Shown here: positions 14,701 to 28,562 of the stretch, piece after piece
How positions within the stretch are numbered: position 1 is the stretch's first letter
Layout of the letters: every line of letters begins with the position of its first letter
Assembly: GCF_006345805.1 (NCBI RefSeq)
Contig: NC_043017.1
Span: 25,110,001-25,174,000, forward strand
Source: Octopus sinensis
Taxonomy: Eukaryota
DNA length: 64,000 bases
Reading direction: 5' to 3'
The notes under the pieces: generated by a model
Database searches by the model: none
Told to the model about the DNA's origin: nothing
What the model saw: only the letters and a program-made list of their open reading frames with translations
Position numbers and translations under genes: made by a program

Positions 14701-15858
14701 CGCTTCCACCCTTGGCCACTCACTTCCACCCTTGCTCACTCGCTTCCACCCTTGCTCACTCGCTTCCACCCTTGGTCACTCGCTTCCACCCTTGCTCGCT
14801 CGCTTCCACCCTTGCTCGCTCGCTTCCACCCTTGCTCGCTCGCTTCCACCCTTGGTCATTCACTTCCACCCTTGGTCACTCGCTTCCACCCTTGCTCGCT
14901 TCCACCCTTGGTCACTTGCTTCCACTCTTGCTCGCTCGCTTCCACCCTTGGTCACTCGCTTCCACCCTTGCTCGCTCACTTCCACCCTTGCTCACTCGCT
15001 TCCACCCTTGGTCACTCGCTTCCACCCTTGGTCATTCGCTTCCACCCTTGCTCGCTCGCTTCCACCCTTGCTCGCTCGCTTCCACCCTTGGTCATTCGCT
15101 TCCACCCTTGGTCACTCGCTTCCACCCTTGCTCGCTTCCACCCTTGGTCACTTGCTTCCACTCTTGTTCGCTCGCTTCCACCCTTGCTCGCTCGCTTCCA
15201 CCCTTGGTCACTCGCTTCCACCCTTGGTCACTCGCTTCCACCCTTGGTCACTCGCTTCCACTCTTGCTCACTCGCTTCCACCCTTGGTCACTCACTTCCA
15301 CCCTCACTCACTTGCTTCCTCCCTCCCTCACTTCCTCCCTCCCTCACTCACCCACTTCCTACCTCCCTCGCTTCATCTCACGCTAGCATGCTTCCTCCCT
15401 CCCCCTTCGCTTCCTCTCTTCCTCACTCGCTTCCTCCTTCCCTTCCCCACTCACTTCCTCCCTCACTTCCTCATTCACCCACTCACACGCATACGCATGT
15501 GCACATCTGATAGTGTGTTGGTTCAATAATTCACCTTGTAGTTGTATACAGAAGTGAGTTTTGTCTGTCACAATGGATACTACTGAGTATGGCATCTTTA
15601 TGGGAAGAAATGCTGTTGAAATTACCTGTTTTAGAAGTTCTTCAGGTGTGTCGTAGCCAGTTAGTAAATCCATATCAAGCACCACCATTCCAGGATTAGT
15701 TCTACCAAGGTAACTGTGAAATTATAACAGGGAATAATGACTTGCAGGTATAAATGATAACTGACATCACCACTATTGTTTGGAATTAATGTCATGAAAA
15801 TCATAAATATCGTTAGATAGATAGAAAGACAGATAGATAGATAGATAGATAGATAGAC

Positions 15859-15936
<78 letters not shown>

Positions 15937-16190
15937 GTAGGTAGGTAGGTAGGTAGATAGATAGATAGATAGATAAAGAACAAGAGGGAGGGAGAGAAAT
16001 GGAGAGAGACAGAGATGGAAAGAGACAGAAGTGGGGTAAAAGAGACAGAGAGAGCATGACAGAAATAGAAAATGAAAAATATGGAGAAGCAGAGGTAAGA
16101 GAGAGAGAGAGAGGAGGAATGAAAGGAAGAGAGAAAGAAAGGGACTAAGGAAAGAAGAGAAACTGATAAAGAGAAAAAGACATGACTGAC

Positions 16191-16224
<34 letters not shown>

Positions 16225-19200
16225 CATGGGAAATAAAATAGGAAAGAGAGCATATGAGATAGAAAGAAGGAAAGATGTTGAGAGAGAAAGGGTGAGAAAG
16301 AGAGAGGAGTAGAGTGTGTGTGTGTGTGAGAGAGAGGTGTGTTATAAATTATATTTCGATAATAGCACCCACCTTAGATATATTGTCATACAAATGGAGT
16401 AATCTTGTATGGACCAACTATTCAGTCTGACCCCAGTCCGGGTCTGACATGACTCTCCACATAGGGGACACCTGCAAAGTGGGATTATAACATTAGAGAT
16501 CATAAAATTACACATTAACATGTGTGTATGTGTGTAAATATAATTACATATATACAAGAAACTGTATGTATGCATGGGAATTTGTGAGTGTGTGTATGGG
16601 ACTCGGTATGTGTGTGTGTGTGTGAGGGCATGTCTTTATATGTGTGTGTGTGTGGGGGGGCATGTCTTTATATGTGTGTGTGTGGGGGGCATGTCTTTAT
16701 ATGTGTGTGTGTGAGGGCAATTCCTTAGTCTCTAGGCTTTGCCCTCTTCACAAAGACTACATATAGCTCCCTTTAAAATGACCTGAGTGAATTGTATCAA
16801 GTGTCACCTGTCATAGTATTATGTAAGAAAGAACAGATTTCACTAAAGGAACGAAATAAGGTGAAAAGGGCTATCCTATAGTTTATTCAGATGTTGAATA
16901 TATCCAAGACGACATTACTCAATGGATCCTTCTAGTTTTTAAGATGCTATGGTAAAATTTTAGGAGAATTTGACTGCTATTTCTAGCAGGTTGAACAGCA
17001 GTGCAGAATGCTCCTAGTACTACATGTGATGCCATAAAAGTTGAATAGAGCCAAGACGACATTACTCAATGGATCCTTCCAGTTTTTAAGATGCTATGGT
17101 AGAATTTTAGGAGAATTTGACTGCTATTTCTAGCAGGTTGAACAGCAGTGCAGAATGCTCCTAGTACTACATGTGATGCCATAAAAGTTGAATAGAGCCA
17201 AGACGACATTACTCAATGGATCCTTCCAGTTTTTAAGATGCTATGGTAGAATTTTAGGAGAATTTGACTGCTATTTCTAGCAGGTTGAACAGCAGTGCAG
17301 AATGCTCCTAGTACTACATGTGATGCCATAAAAGATATATGGGCTTAACTGTACCCCAATTCCAACAGCGCATATTCAGGAAGACCAAAGTTTTTAGTGC
17401 CTTAACCCTATAACATTTAAACCAGCCACATCTGGCCTTTCACACCAACCTTATAATGTCATTCTAAAAATTAAGTCGCCTCTTCAAAATCTCAAAGCTA
17501 AACGTAATGCATGATTAATACAATACAATGAGAATAAATAAGCTTTATTTCTGACAGAATAATGTGAATGCTAATGGGTTAAACCTTATGGGAAGCACTA
17601 GTACAGCTGGTGGTGGGGGTAGGGGCGGTCTGCCCCGGACAGCTGTTTTAAAAGGGCAGGACTTTTGGGTCTGCTGTAGGCAATATGTGTCTTTTAAGGC
17701 GGCGAGCTGGCAGAAACGTTAGCGCGCCGGGCGAAATGCTTAGCGGTATTTCGTCTGTCGTTACGTTCTGAGTTCAAATTCCGCCGAGGTCGATTTTGCC
17801 TTTCATCTTTTCGGGATCGATAAATAAAATACCAGTTACGCACTGGGGTCGACGTAATCGACTTAATCCGTTTGTCTGTCCTTGTTTGTCCCCTCTATGT
17901 TTGGCCCCTTGTGGGCAGTAAAGAAATAAATATGTGTTTTTTGTGGGGTTGGGGGCGGCAAATGGAAGGGCTGCTCCAGGCGACACACACTCTAGCTACG
18001 TTGGTGATGGGAAGCCTTATTTTGCATACAGGACCCAGGGTGACAGTTTGGAGACATTTTTGGTGAAAAAGTGTGTCTTATATGCCATCAAGCGTACAAG
18101 AAAGTCGTGTTGAAAAAAGAAAAACCGAAAAAAAAAAAGGAAAAAAACAATGAATTTTTAATTTTACAAATTCAGAGATCTTTTTTTCCTTTTCTATCTT
18201 TTCCTTTTCTCAGTCATTTGACTACGGCCATACTGGGGCACCGCCTTGAGCAATTTTAGTCGAACTAATCGATCCCCAGTATTTATTCTTTTTAAGTCTG
18301 GCGCTTATTCTATCGGTCTCCTCAACTGAATCTTAAGTTACAGGGACGTGAATGCACCAACGCCGGTTGTCAAACGGTGATGGGGAACAAACTCAGAAAG
18401 AAAGACATATAGACAGACAGACAGACAGACACACACACACACGATGGGACTCTTCCAGTTTCCGTCTACCAAATCCCGTCACAAGGCTTTGGCCGGCCCG
18501 AGGCTACAATAGAAGACATTTGTAACCTATCTTAAATTAGAGTTTTCATCCTAAAGATTAGACTCTCCCCCCCACCTTTCATATGATTTTCCCAAGAGAT
18601 TTCGTCATCCGAAATCTCATGTTGGACAAACTTCGTCCGAGGCCGCGGGGTTTCCCATTCTCCGACAGGTTCCTCTGCTGACAAAATTTATTTAAGGAAG
18701 GTAATTCTCGTATATTTTAATTGGCGTATTTATCTCCCTTGGACTCGAGGGATAATAACGGGCACTCTGCAGAAATTCCTTGGTACCTGCCATATGGAAC
18801 CATCACCTATGATGTCAACTCTAGCTATCAGTCATAGGCTATGGCGACGTACCATTTGTTGGTTTGTTTTCCCTTTCAGTAATACATGCGGGGCTGATAC
18901 TTTCAGGGCAAAATATGATTGAGGAAGAATTGTAAGACAGCAGCACTGAATCTTGGACAAAATCTTTCCGACAGTTGCTACTGCCAGGTCTGCTGGGCCC
19001 CGAAAAGCCATGTCAAGCACCAGCGAGCCTGCTGCAGACATCGATAGCCCGATTCGTGAATTTCCGTTTGCAAGGCCAAGCTATGGAACTAGAGACAGTT
19101 GTTATTTTGAAGGGTTGACAAACATACTCGTCTACTCTTTAAATTTTGTAGGGGGGGGAAAAAATCAGAAAAAAAAAAAAAAAAGTCGAACCCATCAGAA

Positions 19201-19855
19201 TTCGAACTCAATGCATATAGAAATGCAACTAAATGTTACAAAGATTTTAGCTAGACACGCTGCCGTTTCTGGAACAAGAAAACTTAGTTTTGCTTCTGGT
19301 AGGTAACTTTTTTTCGTTATGTTTCTTGCAACACTTACTTTTTAATCCTTGGGAAAAAAAAGTGTCACTTTAATTCCTTTATGATAGAAGCTAACATGTA
19401 CATGTTTTGTATCTCGCTACCAACTACAGTTTTATTTAAACCCTTCTTAACCGAAAATTGAGGTGTACGACATTTTGCCTTTTATCTCTCTATGTCACAT
19501 TTATTATTTATTGTTTCTCTATTTTTTTAAAAGTAGTAATTAAAAACCCCACACATAAATATCGTTGTATTCACTTCAGTTTCCTTTTATAAAGAGAAAT
19601 TGGTATACCTTCACAAGTGTACCCCACACCTGACTTATTTACTTATAACTTTCAGAAAAATGGCTATTTTTTTAATGAAATTTTCTACAAGTGTAGTCGC
19701 AGATGTGGCCGTGTGGTAAGAAGCTTGCTTCCTAATCACATCATTCCATGTTCAGTCCCACTGCGGGGCATCTTGGGCAAGAATCTTCCACTACAGCCTC
19801 GGCCCAACCAAAGCATTGTGCGCGGATTTGGTTGATGGAAACTGAAAGAATCTCG

Positions 19856-19892
<37 letters not shown>

Positions 19893-22800
19893 TTATGTGT
19901 GTGTGTCTTTGTCCCCGCCCCCGTTTGACAACCGATGTTGGTATGTTTATGTCTCCGTAATTTATCGGTTCGGCAAAAGAGACCGATATAATAAGTACCA
20001 GTCTTTAAAAATAAATAATTCCTAGGATCGATTTATAGTGGAGGTAAAGAATACGCACACCACCCGTTTTCGGCATAACCCTAAACGCAACCCTAACTCT
20101 AAACACTGGGTGTGCGTATTTTTTATTTTCGCCCGATTTATTTGACTAAGTACCCCTCAGGGCGCTGCTCCAGCATGGCCGCAGCCAAATGACTGAAACA
20201 CTTAAAAGATAAAAGATAATTCCGTTCAGTTGATGCAGATTACAATTATTTTGAAATTTTAATGCGAAAAAATTTTTCGGTGGGGTGCGCGAGAGAAATT
20301 TTTTTGATAATTCGGGTATTCGTAATCTATACAATTTGAAAGGTATTTGTAGAAAATTTCATTAAAAAAAAAAAATTCATTTTTCTGAAAGTTGTAAGGG
20401 AACAAAATCCATTTGTGTAAGGGGGAGGGGGGCGGACACACACGTGTAGTTCTGACGAGAAATTTAACCGATTGCAGAGGAATAATTGAAAAGAACCGAA
20501 CATATGGCTAGTACTTAAAAAATCTATGATACACAACCATGAAATTACTCTTACATTCCTGTTTATTTAATTAAATACATTCGTCAATCAAATTTGTAGA
20601 CTTATCGGAAAGAAAGCGAGAAATATGGGGGATATTCATGCTGTAATGTCACTAACTGTATATGTCCAAGTAGTTCCCAAACGGTGCGGTGCGCCTCGTG
20701 GGTGCAGCGGCAGAGGATAGCAGGTGAGATGGAATGATTGAAAGACAATCAAATATTTAGAAACAGTTTCAAAAATTCATTTGCCAAAAATAAATATGAT
20801 TTCAGAATTAAAAATATTGTTATGAATTACTTGTAATTGCAAGCATGAGTCCCAGTATAAAAAGTTTATAAATAATCATTGGCCGATTACATCATTGGTA
20901 TATCTATCTGCGGCTTTATATAGCTATGGTACGACCTCACCTGGAATTTGCATCACCGGTGTGGAACCCCTATCTTGCCCAGGATATCAATCGTCTGGAA
21001 GCCGTTCAGCGATGTGCAACCAAAAGAATACCCTCCATCAGGCATTTGCCATATTCTGAACGCCTTACTTGCCTGGGCATGGCCACATTGAAACTCCGAC
21101 GTCTGGCAGATGACTTGGCAGACACCCATAAAATTATCAACCATCGTACAAACAATAACTCTGAGCACCTTTTCAAACTCCACCTGTCTAACACCCGTGG
21201 ACATGTTTACAAAGTCAGAAAACAGCACAGCTCCCATGACTTTCGGAAACATTTTTTCACGCTGAGAGTTGCTGAAGCGTGGAACAAACTGCCGGCATCA
21301 GTTGTTAGTTGTCGGAGCACTGCATCCTTCAAAACTTCCATGCTTTTTGAGATTCGCCAACACTACCCCTGATTTTCTCCCCTCCATACACACGCAAGCA
21401 TGTATCTGACTCATACACTGTTCGCTTTCCAGACATTTGTACATTACTGCATATACTTTATATGCACTTTCTGACAAGTTGTGGTGCACCTGAGCACTGT
21501 ATACAATAATTTCATTATTCATTATTATTATATCTAGTTTTAATAAATTAGTAACTAAGGTCCGCAAATTGGAGAAGAGATAATAGTTATGTTCTGACAT
21601 TGAATTGGCGGTTATCACCCTTTAACCCCTCCCTAGACCTTTGGTGAGGCGCGAGCAAATTTTCATTCCGAAAATACGGCCCAGAGAAAACTAGTTTGGA
21701 AACCACTGGTCTGAAGTATTCATCCGTCCGATATATTGGAAATTCAAGGGAGTTAACCAAGCAAAAGGTGTGCAAGGGAGATAATCATGTCATTACTTAA
21801 TACATAAATTTGTTTTCTCTGCTGTTCATTACACGCACGATTTTCTGAAAAAGCAACCAAAACAACAACAACAACAATAATAATAATTGTTCCTAATTTA
21901 TGTACAAAGCCAACAGTTTTGAAGGGAGGAGATTAGCACAAAAATCGGTAAATTTTGATAATTTCACCCGCACGATTTTCACTAAGAAAAAAGAAAACCC
22001 TCGGATTTTTTGCGTCAAATCAAGTACCTTAACCTCCTAATATGCTGCAAACCCCTTAAATTTTGTTCGAAAAAAAGTGGGTTGGGGTGGGAAATCGGAC
22101 CCCCCCACACACATCCCGGAATCATTGGAAATTTTTTTTTTTCGTGGTGACCTAATATGCCACAAAACCCATTTTTGGGGTTCGGTAAACGGAGTGAGGT
22201 GGGGTGGAAGCAAAAAATATTTGAAAATTGGATGAGGCGGGGGAACTGAAATTTCCTAGGCTTCCACTCCACCCCACCCCGTTTTCTGAACCGAAAAAGG
22301 GTTTTGTAGCATATTAGGAGGTCACCAGAATTCATTCAAAAAAAAAAAAAAGAATTCCAATGATTCTAGGATGGGGAGGAGCGGTTTCCCACCCATCCCT
22401 TTTTTCCGAACAAAGATAAGAGGTTTGCAGCATATTAGGAGGTTAAGGTAGATGATTCAATGCAAAAAATCCGAGTTTTTTTTTCCTTAGTAAAAATAAG
22501 CTGGTGAGGGCTCAACCAAAGTGGAACATGTCTGCTTTTAACCATTTCAATTTCATCTACCACACAACATCTTTTGCCAAAGCCACCTGACAAATAAAAG
22601 CTGCCTGCCCTTCCCAGCCAAATGAAGGTGTCAGATTAACCTCCCCAATGGACTTGACTGATAGCCAGATATATCCTACACATGATAGCAACTGTTGGAC
22701 AAAACTGTTGGGCATAAGTCAGCAATGCTCCAGCATTGGACAAGTGCTTGAAGAAAGGTTTCACTGTAGGACATCCTGGGCAAGTGTCTTCTACTATAGC

Positions 22801-25800
22801 CTCGGGCCAACCAAAGCCTTGTGAGTGGATTTGGTAGATGGAAACTAAAGAAGCCCATTGTATATATGTATATGTATGGCACTGCCAGATCAGAGGTTTC
22901 TGAAAATTATCCATGACTTGTGGGGCCAGTAAAAAGGACACATGGAATAATGTACTGTGGGACACACTGGTATGCCTTTGACCATGGGTCTGTTTGATCA
23001 AAGGTGACGTAGGAGCAAAAAACTACACTAAGGTATATTCACCCTTCTTTGATCAATTTCCTGGTGGATTTGTTGATGTTTTTGATGACGTAGCTGATAT
23101 TGAAATGACATGTGTGTAAGATTGAAGGAGGCCGGTAATAGTTCATGTTGAACTCCATCTGGGCAGAACCTGTCCCCATGGATTCAATCAGCACCTCGTC
23201 ATTGATGGGAACCTACAAAAAAGACAAGACAAAGTAATGGATAGATGTCCACCACATGTGTTTTGTGTGTGTGTGTGTGTGTGTGTTGTTGTTGTTTTTG
23301 AATATGAGGCATTCATTCCCTTTGGAATTTTAGAACCATCCAAAACTCTAAATGAATCCATTTTTAATTTAGGAATTCTATCTTTTACTTGTTTCACTCA
23401 TCAGACTGCAGTCATGCTGGAGCACTATCTGCAACCCTAGTGCTTAACTGGTACTTATTTCTTAACAAACCCCAAAAGGATTAGGATTAGGGTTAGGGTG
23501 ACATTTGAACTCAGAAGGGAAAGACAGTTGAAATGCTACTAAGTATTTTGTCTGTTATACCCTAAATCCATTGCTAAACTGGAGGTTTACTTCGAAGTCA
23601 GTCAACAACATTCTTGTTTAAGAATAAACTATGTGTATATATAAATGTGTGTGTGTGTGCACGCATATGAATGAATATATATATATATTCAAAATGTGAC
23701 CGCGTGTGTACCGTTGGTGATTTTTTTTCCTCTGTCTTCCCTTCTCTGGATCTTTCCTTCTCCTATGTTTCTGACGAAGAGCTCCGCTTGAAACGTTAAA
23801 CTCTCCTTCTTTCCTGAGCATCCAGTAATACTATATTTGTTCCATGTCCTCGCGTTGTTGTGCTTTTTTTATGCTTTCATGTTTGGATTAACTTTATATA
23901 TATATATATATATATTTATAATGCACATACATATTTGAGAGAGAAAGGGAGTGATTAAAGTAACCAATCTGACTTACATCTGAGACAACCTGACTCCACA
24001 GAGAAGATTCTTTGTTGACAGTCAAATGTTTACGAAGATGTGCTTTCGATGATGTTAGGTTGAACAGCATGTTGATGTCAGGAACTTTGGTCATGCTGCC
24101 ATACTTGGCCAAGGCTTGTAATGCCATCACAGTGTCCTAAAATGGAATTATAATCACAATATAATTTGTTCACAAGAATGTGTTTCATGTATTCACCATC
24201 ATTTTCGTCCTGTTAAATTAAAGAATTATTTGGTTCAGTAAAAATGGAAGGATTAACAAATGAAAGTAAAAGTTATATTCTTATATAAAGATATATATAC
24301 ATATATACATATGGATTTCAGATGGTACCTCGAAAGTACCTTGGATTTCAGAACAACCCGCTGTGCTTGAGGAGACCTATTGAGTCAAGAACATGAACAT
24401 CGAAATAAATATCAACGGAAATAGTAGTTGTGATACCTGTGTTGGTGGCACATAAAAAGCACCATCTGAATCGTGGCCGATGCCAGCGCCACCTTGACTG
24501 GCTTCCGTGCCGGTGGCACGTTAAAAGCACCAACCGATCGTGGCTGCTGCCAGACTCCCCTGGCACCTGTGCCGGTGGTACATAAAAAGCACCCTCTACA
24601 CTCATGGAGTGGTTGGCGTTAGGAAGGGCATCCAGCTGTAGAAACACTGCCAGATCAGACTGGAGCCTGGTGCAGCCTCCTGGCTTCCCAGACCCCGGTC
24701 GAACCGTCCAACCCGTGCTAGTGCGGAAAACGGACGTTAAACGATGATGATGATGATGATATATGCTTGACTGTTTGTAACCTACCTGTGTGGATTTGAA
24801 CATTCCCGCTTCACTTCTTTGTTCAGTCAGCCATTTCACAATAGGTGTACTTTCCTCTATTCTACCAAAATGCAGTTCTGTGAGAAGGGCATAAGCTGTG
24901 GCTTCAACGGACAAATAAGATTCTTCACTATGGTATAAAGCATCTGGTGTTCTGCCAAAACCATTATCAATCTCAGTCACAGTCCAATAGCGATAGTCGT
25001 TACCTTAAAATAAGAAGTTGTCGGTAATTAGAATGACTTGCTGTCTGAATGGTTAGAGATTTCAAGTTAATAATAGCAACAACAATATTTGCACAAGAAC
25101 CCAAGACATGGGAGACAGTACAAAGGTGAAATGTGCTAAAAACAACGAGCAGAGACAGTGTTGGGTGGGATCAACACCTGTGGGAAACACTTGTGAATGA
25201 GATGATATAGACTGTCTCTTTTGGTACCTAGAATTGCTCCCAGGACATTGTAGCTCACATTATCCAAGTAACTCTTTGTAGAATGTGAAAGCTGACGTTC
25301 CACCAATCATATTGTCCAGCTGGTATAGTGATGTGAATGCCTGGCAACATTCCAGGTACTAAACACACAACCATGGTCTATGCATGATCAGGACTGAAGC
25401 TCATTCAAAGAGACAAGCTGCAGAAATATATGTCATATGAACAATGCACACTTGTGCACCACTGTCACTGTCCACGAATCTTTACAGGTGTGTCAGCCTC
25501 AGCCCATACCTGTACATCATCAGCCATGGCATCTCAAGATTCCCTTGAAGTGTGAACATTTTCGGTAGATAGTGCCCTGGACAGCAGATCTTGTCTTCTC
25601 AAAAGAAGCAAAAGAGTATACTCTCTTATATATCTGTTCAGAAGTCTCTTGGGTCAGTCAAACCATGATGGTCAGGTAGAAGTCCATTACTGAAGGGCTG
25701 TGGATATTAACTGATTCCACTAGTGGTGTAGCTACAGTGTGTACTGTCCAGGTCAGCCCTTGAGTTTTTTCACCTCCATTTCTGCTGGACATCCAAGCCT

Positions 25801-28527
25801 ATACAAGTTTATACAGCAGACCCCAAAGTGCTGCTCCCTTAAAAGCATTACCTGGTGGTGAACCCTACTTCCTTGTCCCCGCACCCCAGCTATGCTACTG
25901 AATTCCATCCAACCTTCAGGGGCAACTTCCTCTGAGGACATTTCTGAGTGAAACTGACCATACTTCTTTTCACGATTTCTTCTTAGTTTTTATCCACTTG
26001 GTGGCCTGCTTTGAACACCTGGACCAGAACCTCGTGGGCTTGTCTCACCTCAAGAACTTGACTCTCCACAAGCTGGATTGCAATCCAATTGATATGTCCT
26101 GCTTAATGTGTTGGCGTTGGGAAGGCTCTCCAGCCATAGGAACCTTGCCAAAAGTGGAACATACGAGCTAGAAAGTAATCTTTATATATAAAATTAAGGT
26201 TTTGTGTCTGTCTCCTACGATTTAGATTCCTAACTACTCCCACATTTTGCGGTGTAGTTTAACCAAAACCGGGTATCTTATAGTCATGATTCATATCGAG
26301 CCCTTCTGGGTATTAGCACGCGTCTATGATGAGTCTACGATTTAAAAAAAAATTTACCATCATTTTTTTCCATTTTAATGCATTTTTTCGCTATTATATA
26401 AGGGAAGTAACTCTCTAAAAATATCTACGATGAGTCAACGATTTAAAAAAAATTTACCATCATTTTTTTTCCATTTTTAATGCATTTTTTCGCTATTATA
26501 TAAGGGAAGTAACTCTCTAAAAATATCTACGATGAGTCAACGATTTAAAAAAAATTTACCATAATTTTTTTTCCATTTTTAATGCATTTTTTTGCTATTT
26601 TTTGGCTATAACTCTCTTAAAATGCTTATATAGTTATTTCCCTTACAAACCGAGCAACGCCGGGCGATACTGCTAGTTCTGAATAAGACATTACTGTTTT
26701 AATTCATGCACAACAATGAAAAGACTCTGTTTACCTAGGTTAGCTACTGCCATTTTGCTCAGCTTGATTCGTGCACGATATTTCTTATGGCTGTTTGTAA
26801 GGCTAAGAGCATATGCTATTATGGCCATATCATAAGAATTGGTGATCTTCTCAATTTGATTTTCCAGTAGTTTTGCAGCTAAAATAATTTCATTTGCCCT
26901 TGTAAATTCCTGTAGACATAAAAAGAAATGTTTATTAAAGGCATTAAAAAAAAATCATGTTTCAAATTAACTATATATATATATATATATATACACACAG
27001 GGAGGGATGGGTAAATTGCCGTCATTTAAAATTTTTTATTTCGTGCATGCACATTGTTTTTTTTTATTTTGTTGACTACACAGTATAGTAGGGTCAGTTG
27101 GACACCATCTGTAAGAAAAACAGCCCCATGATGCAATTCACTCTGCCCAGAAATTTGGAAATGACATGCTGTACTGCTTGGCATTCGTGCCGGAAACTCC
27201 AATATGAACATTTCAGAGTGTTTGGCTGTCAATCTGAGGACATGTACCAAGAGTGATAAAAATAAAACATCCAGTCAGCATCATGGTGTTTGCAGTGAGC
27301 ACAAGTGATGGCAACATTATGTCTCCTTTCATCTTCCCACACGGCCTCAGACTCTAAACAGAGGCCTACATCAAGTGCCTGGAGAAGATAGTGCTGCCCT
27401 AGGTAAAGAGGGTGCTTGCTGGAAGACCCTGTCTGGCATCAGGACATGCTACACAAGGTAGTAGAACCCAGTCATGGTTGTCAGACAATTTCTGTGACCA
27501 CAACATCCCTAATATCTGGCCACCTAAATCTCCAGATTGTAACCCCCTTGAGTGAGAGACCATCAAAACTCTTTGTAACACCAAAGATGAATTGAAGGCA
27601 AAGATTATAAAATAATAATAATGAAATTATTGTATACAGTGCTCAGGTGCACCACAACTTGTCAGAAAGTGCATATAAAGTACATGCAGTAATGTAGAAA
27701 TGTCTGGAAAGCGAACAATGTATGAGTCAGATACATGCTTGTGTGTGTATGGAGGGGAGAAAATCAGGTGTAGTGTTGGCGAATCTCAGGAAGCATGGAA
27801 GTTTTGAAGGATGCAGTGCTCCGACAACTAACAACCGATGCCGGCAGTTTGTTCCATGCTTCAGCAACTCTCAGCGTGAAAAAATGTTTCCTGAAGTCAT
27901 GGGAGCTGTGCTGTTTTCTGACTTTGTAAATATGTCCACGGGTGTTAGAGAGGTGGAGTTTGAAGAGGTGCTCAGAGAATTGTTTGTGCGATGGTTGATA
28001 ATTTTATGGGTGTCTGCCAAGTCATCTGCCAGACGTCGGAGTTTCAATGTGTCCATGCCCAGGGAAGTAAGGTGTTCAGGATATGGCAAATGCCTGATGG
28101 AGGGTATTCTTTTGGTTGCACGTCGCTGAACAGCTTCCAGACGATTGATGTCCTGGGCAAGATAGGGGTTCCAGACCGGTGATGCAAATTCCAGGTGAGG
28201 TCGTACCATAGCTATATAAAGCCGCAGATAGATAGCAGGAGAGTGGCTCACAAAGGATTTGGTGAGTGATGCCAAGACACCCTCAGCCTTCTTGACAATT
28301 TTAGCAATTTTATGATAGCATTCACCACCTTAAACAAGGAGACTGTCCAGAAGAGTTGCAAGAGATTTCAAAGTCGTCTGAGGCCCGTGGTAGAAGCCAA
28401 TGGCGATTTTATTGAATAAATTTACTCCTTAGTATTTCAAGATATTTTTATGTAATTTGCAAAATTTAGACAACAGTTTATTTACTACACACACAAACAC
28501 TCTCCCTCTCTCTGCCTCTCTCTCTCT

Positions 28528-28562
<35 letters not shown>

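Noticed and set aside
14162-15529. 372-455-aa Leu/Ser/Pro-rich ORFs
   Set aside because: Translation of the 20-bp minisatellite
15534-15625. Longer E25 using the downstream CAAG|gtgaat donor
   Set aside because: Would end in phase 1 and break the frame with E26; added residues do not resemble MG8
20449-20510. CTGACGA as another hammerhead
   Set aside because: No stem II followed by GAAA and no stem I partner
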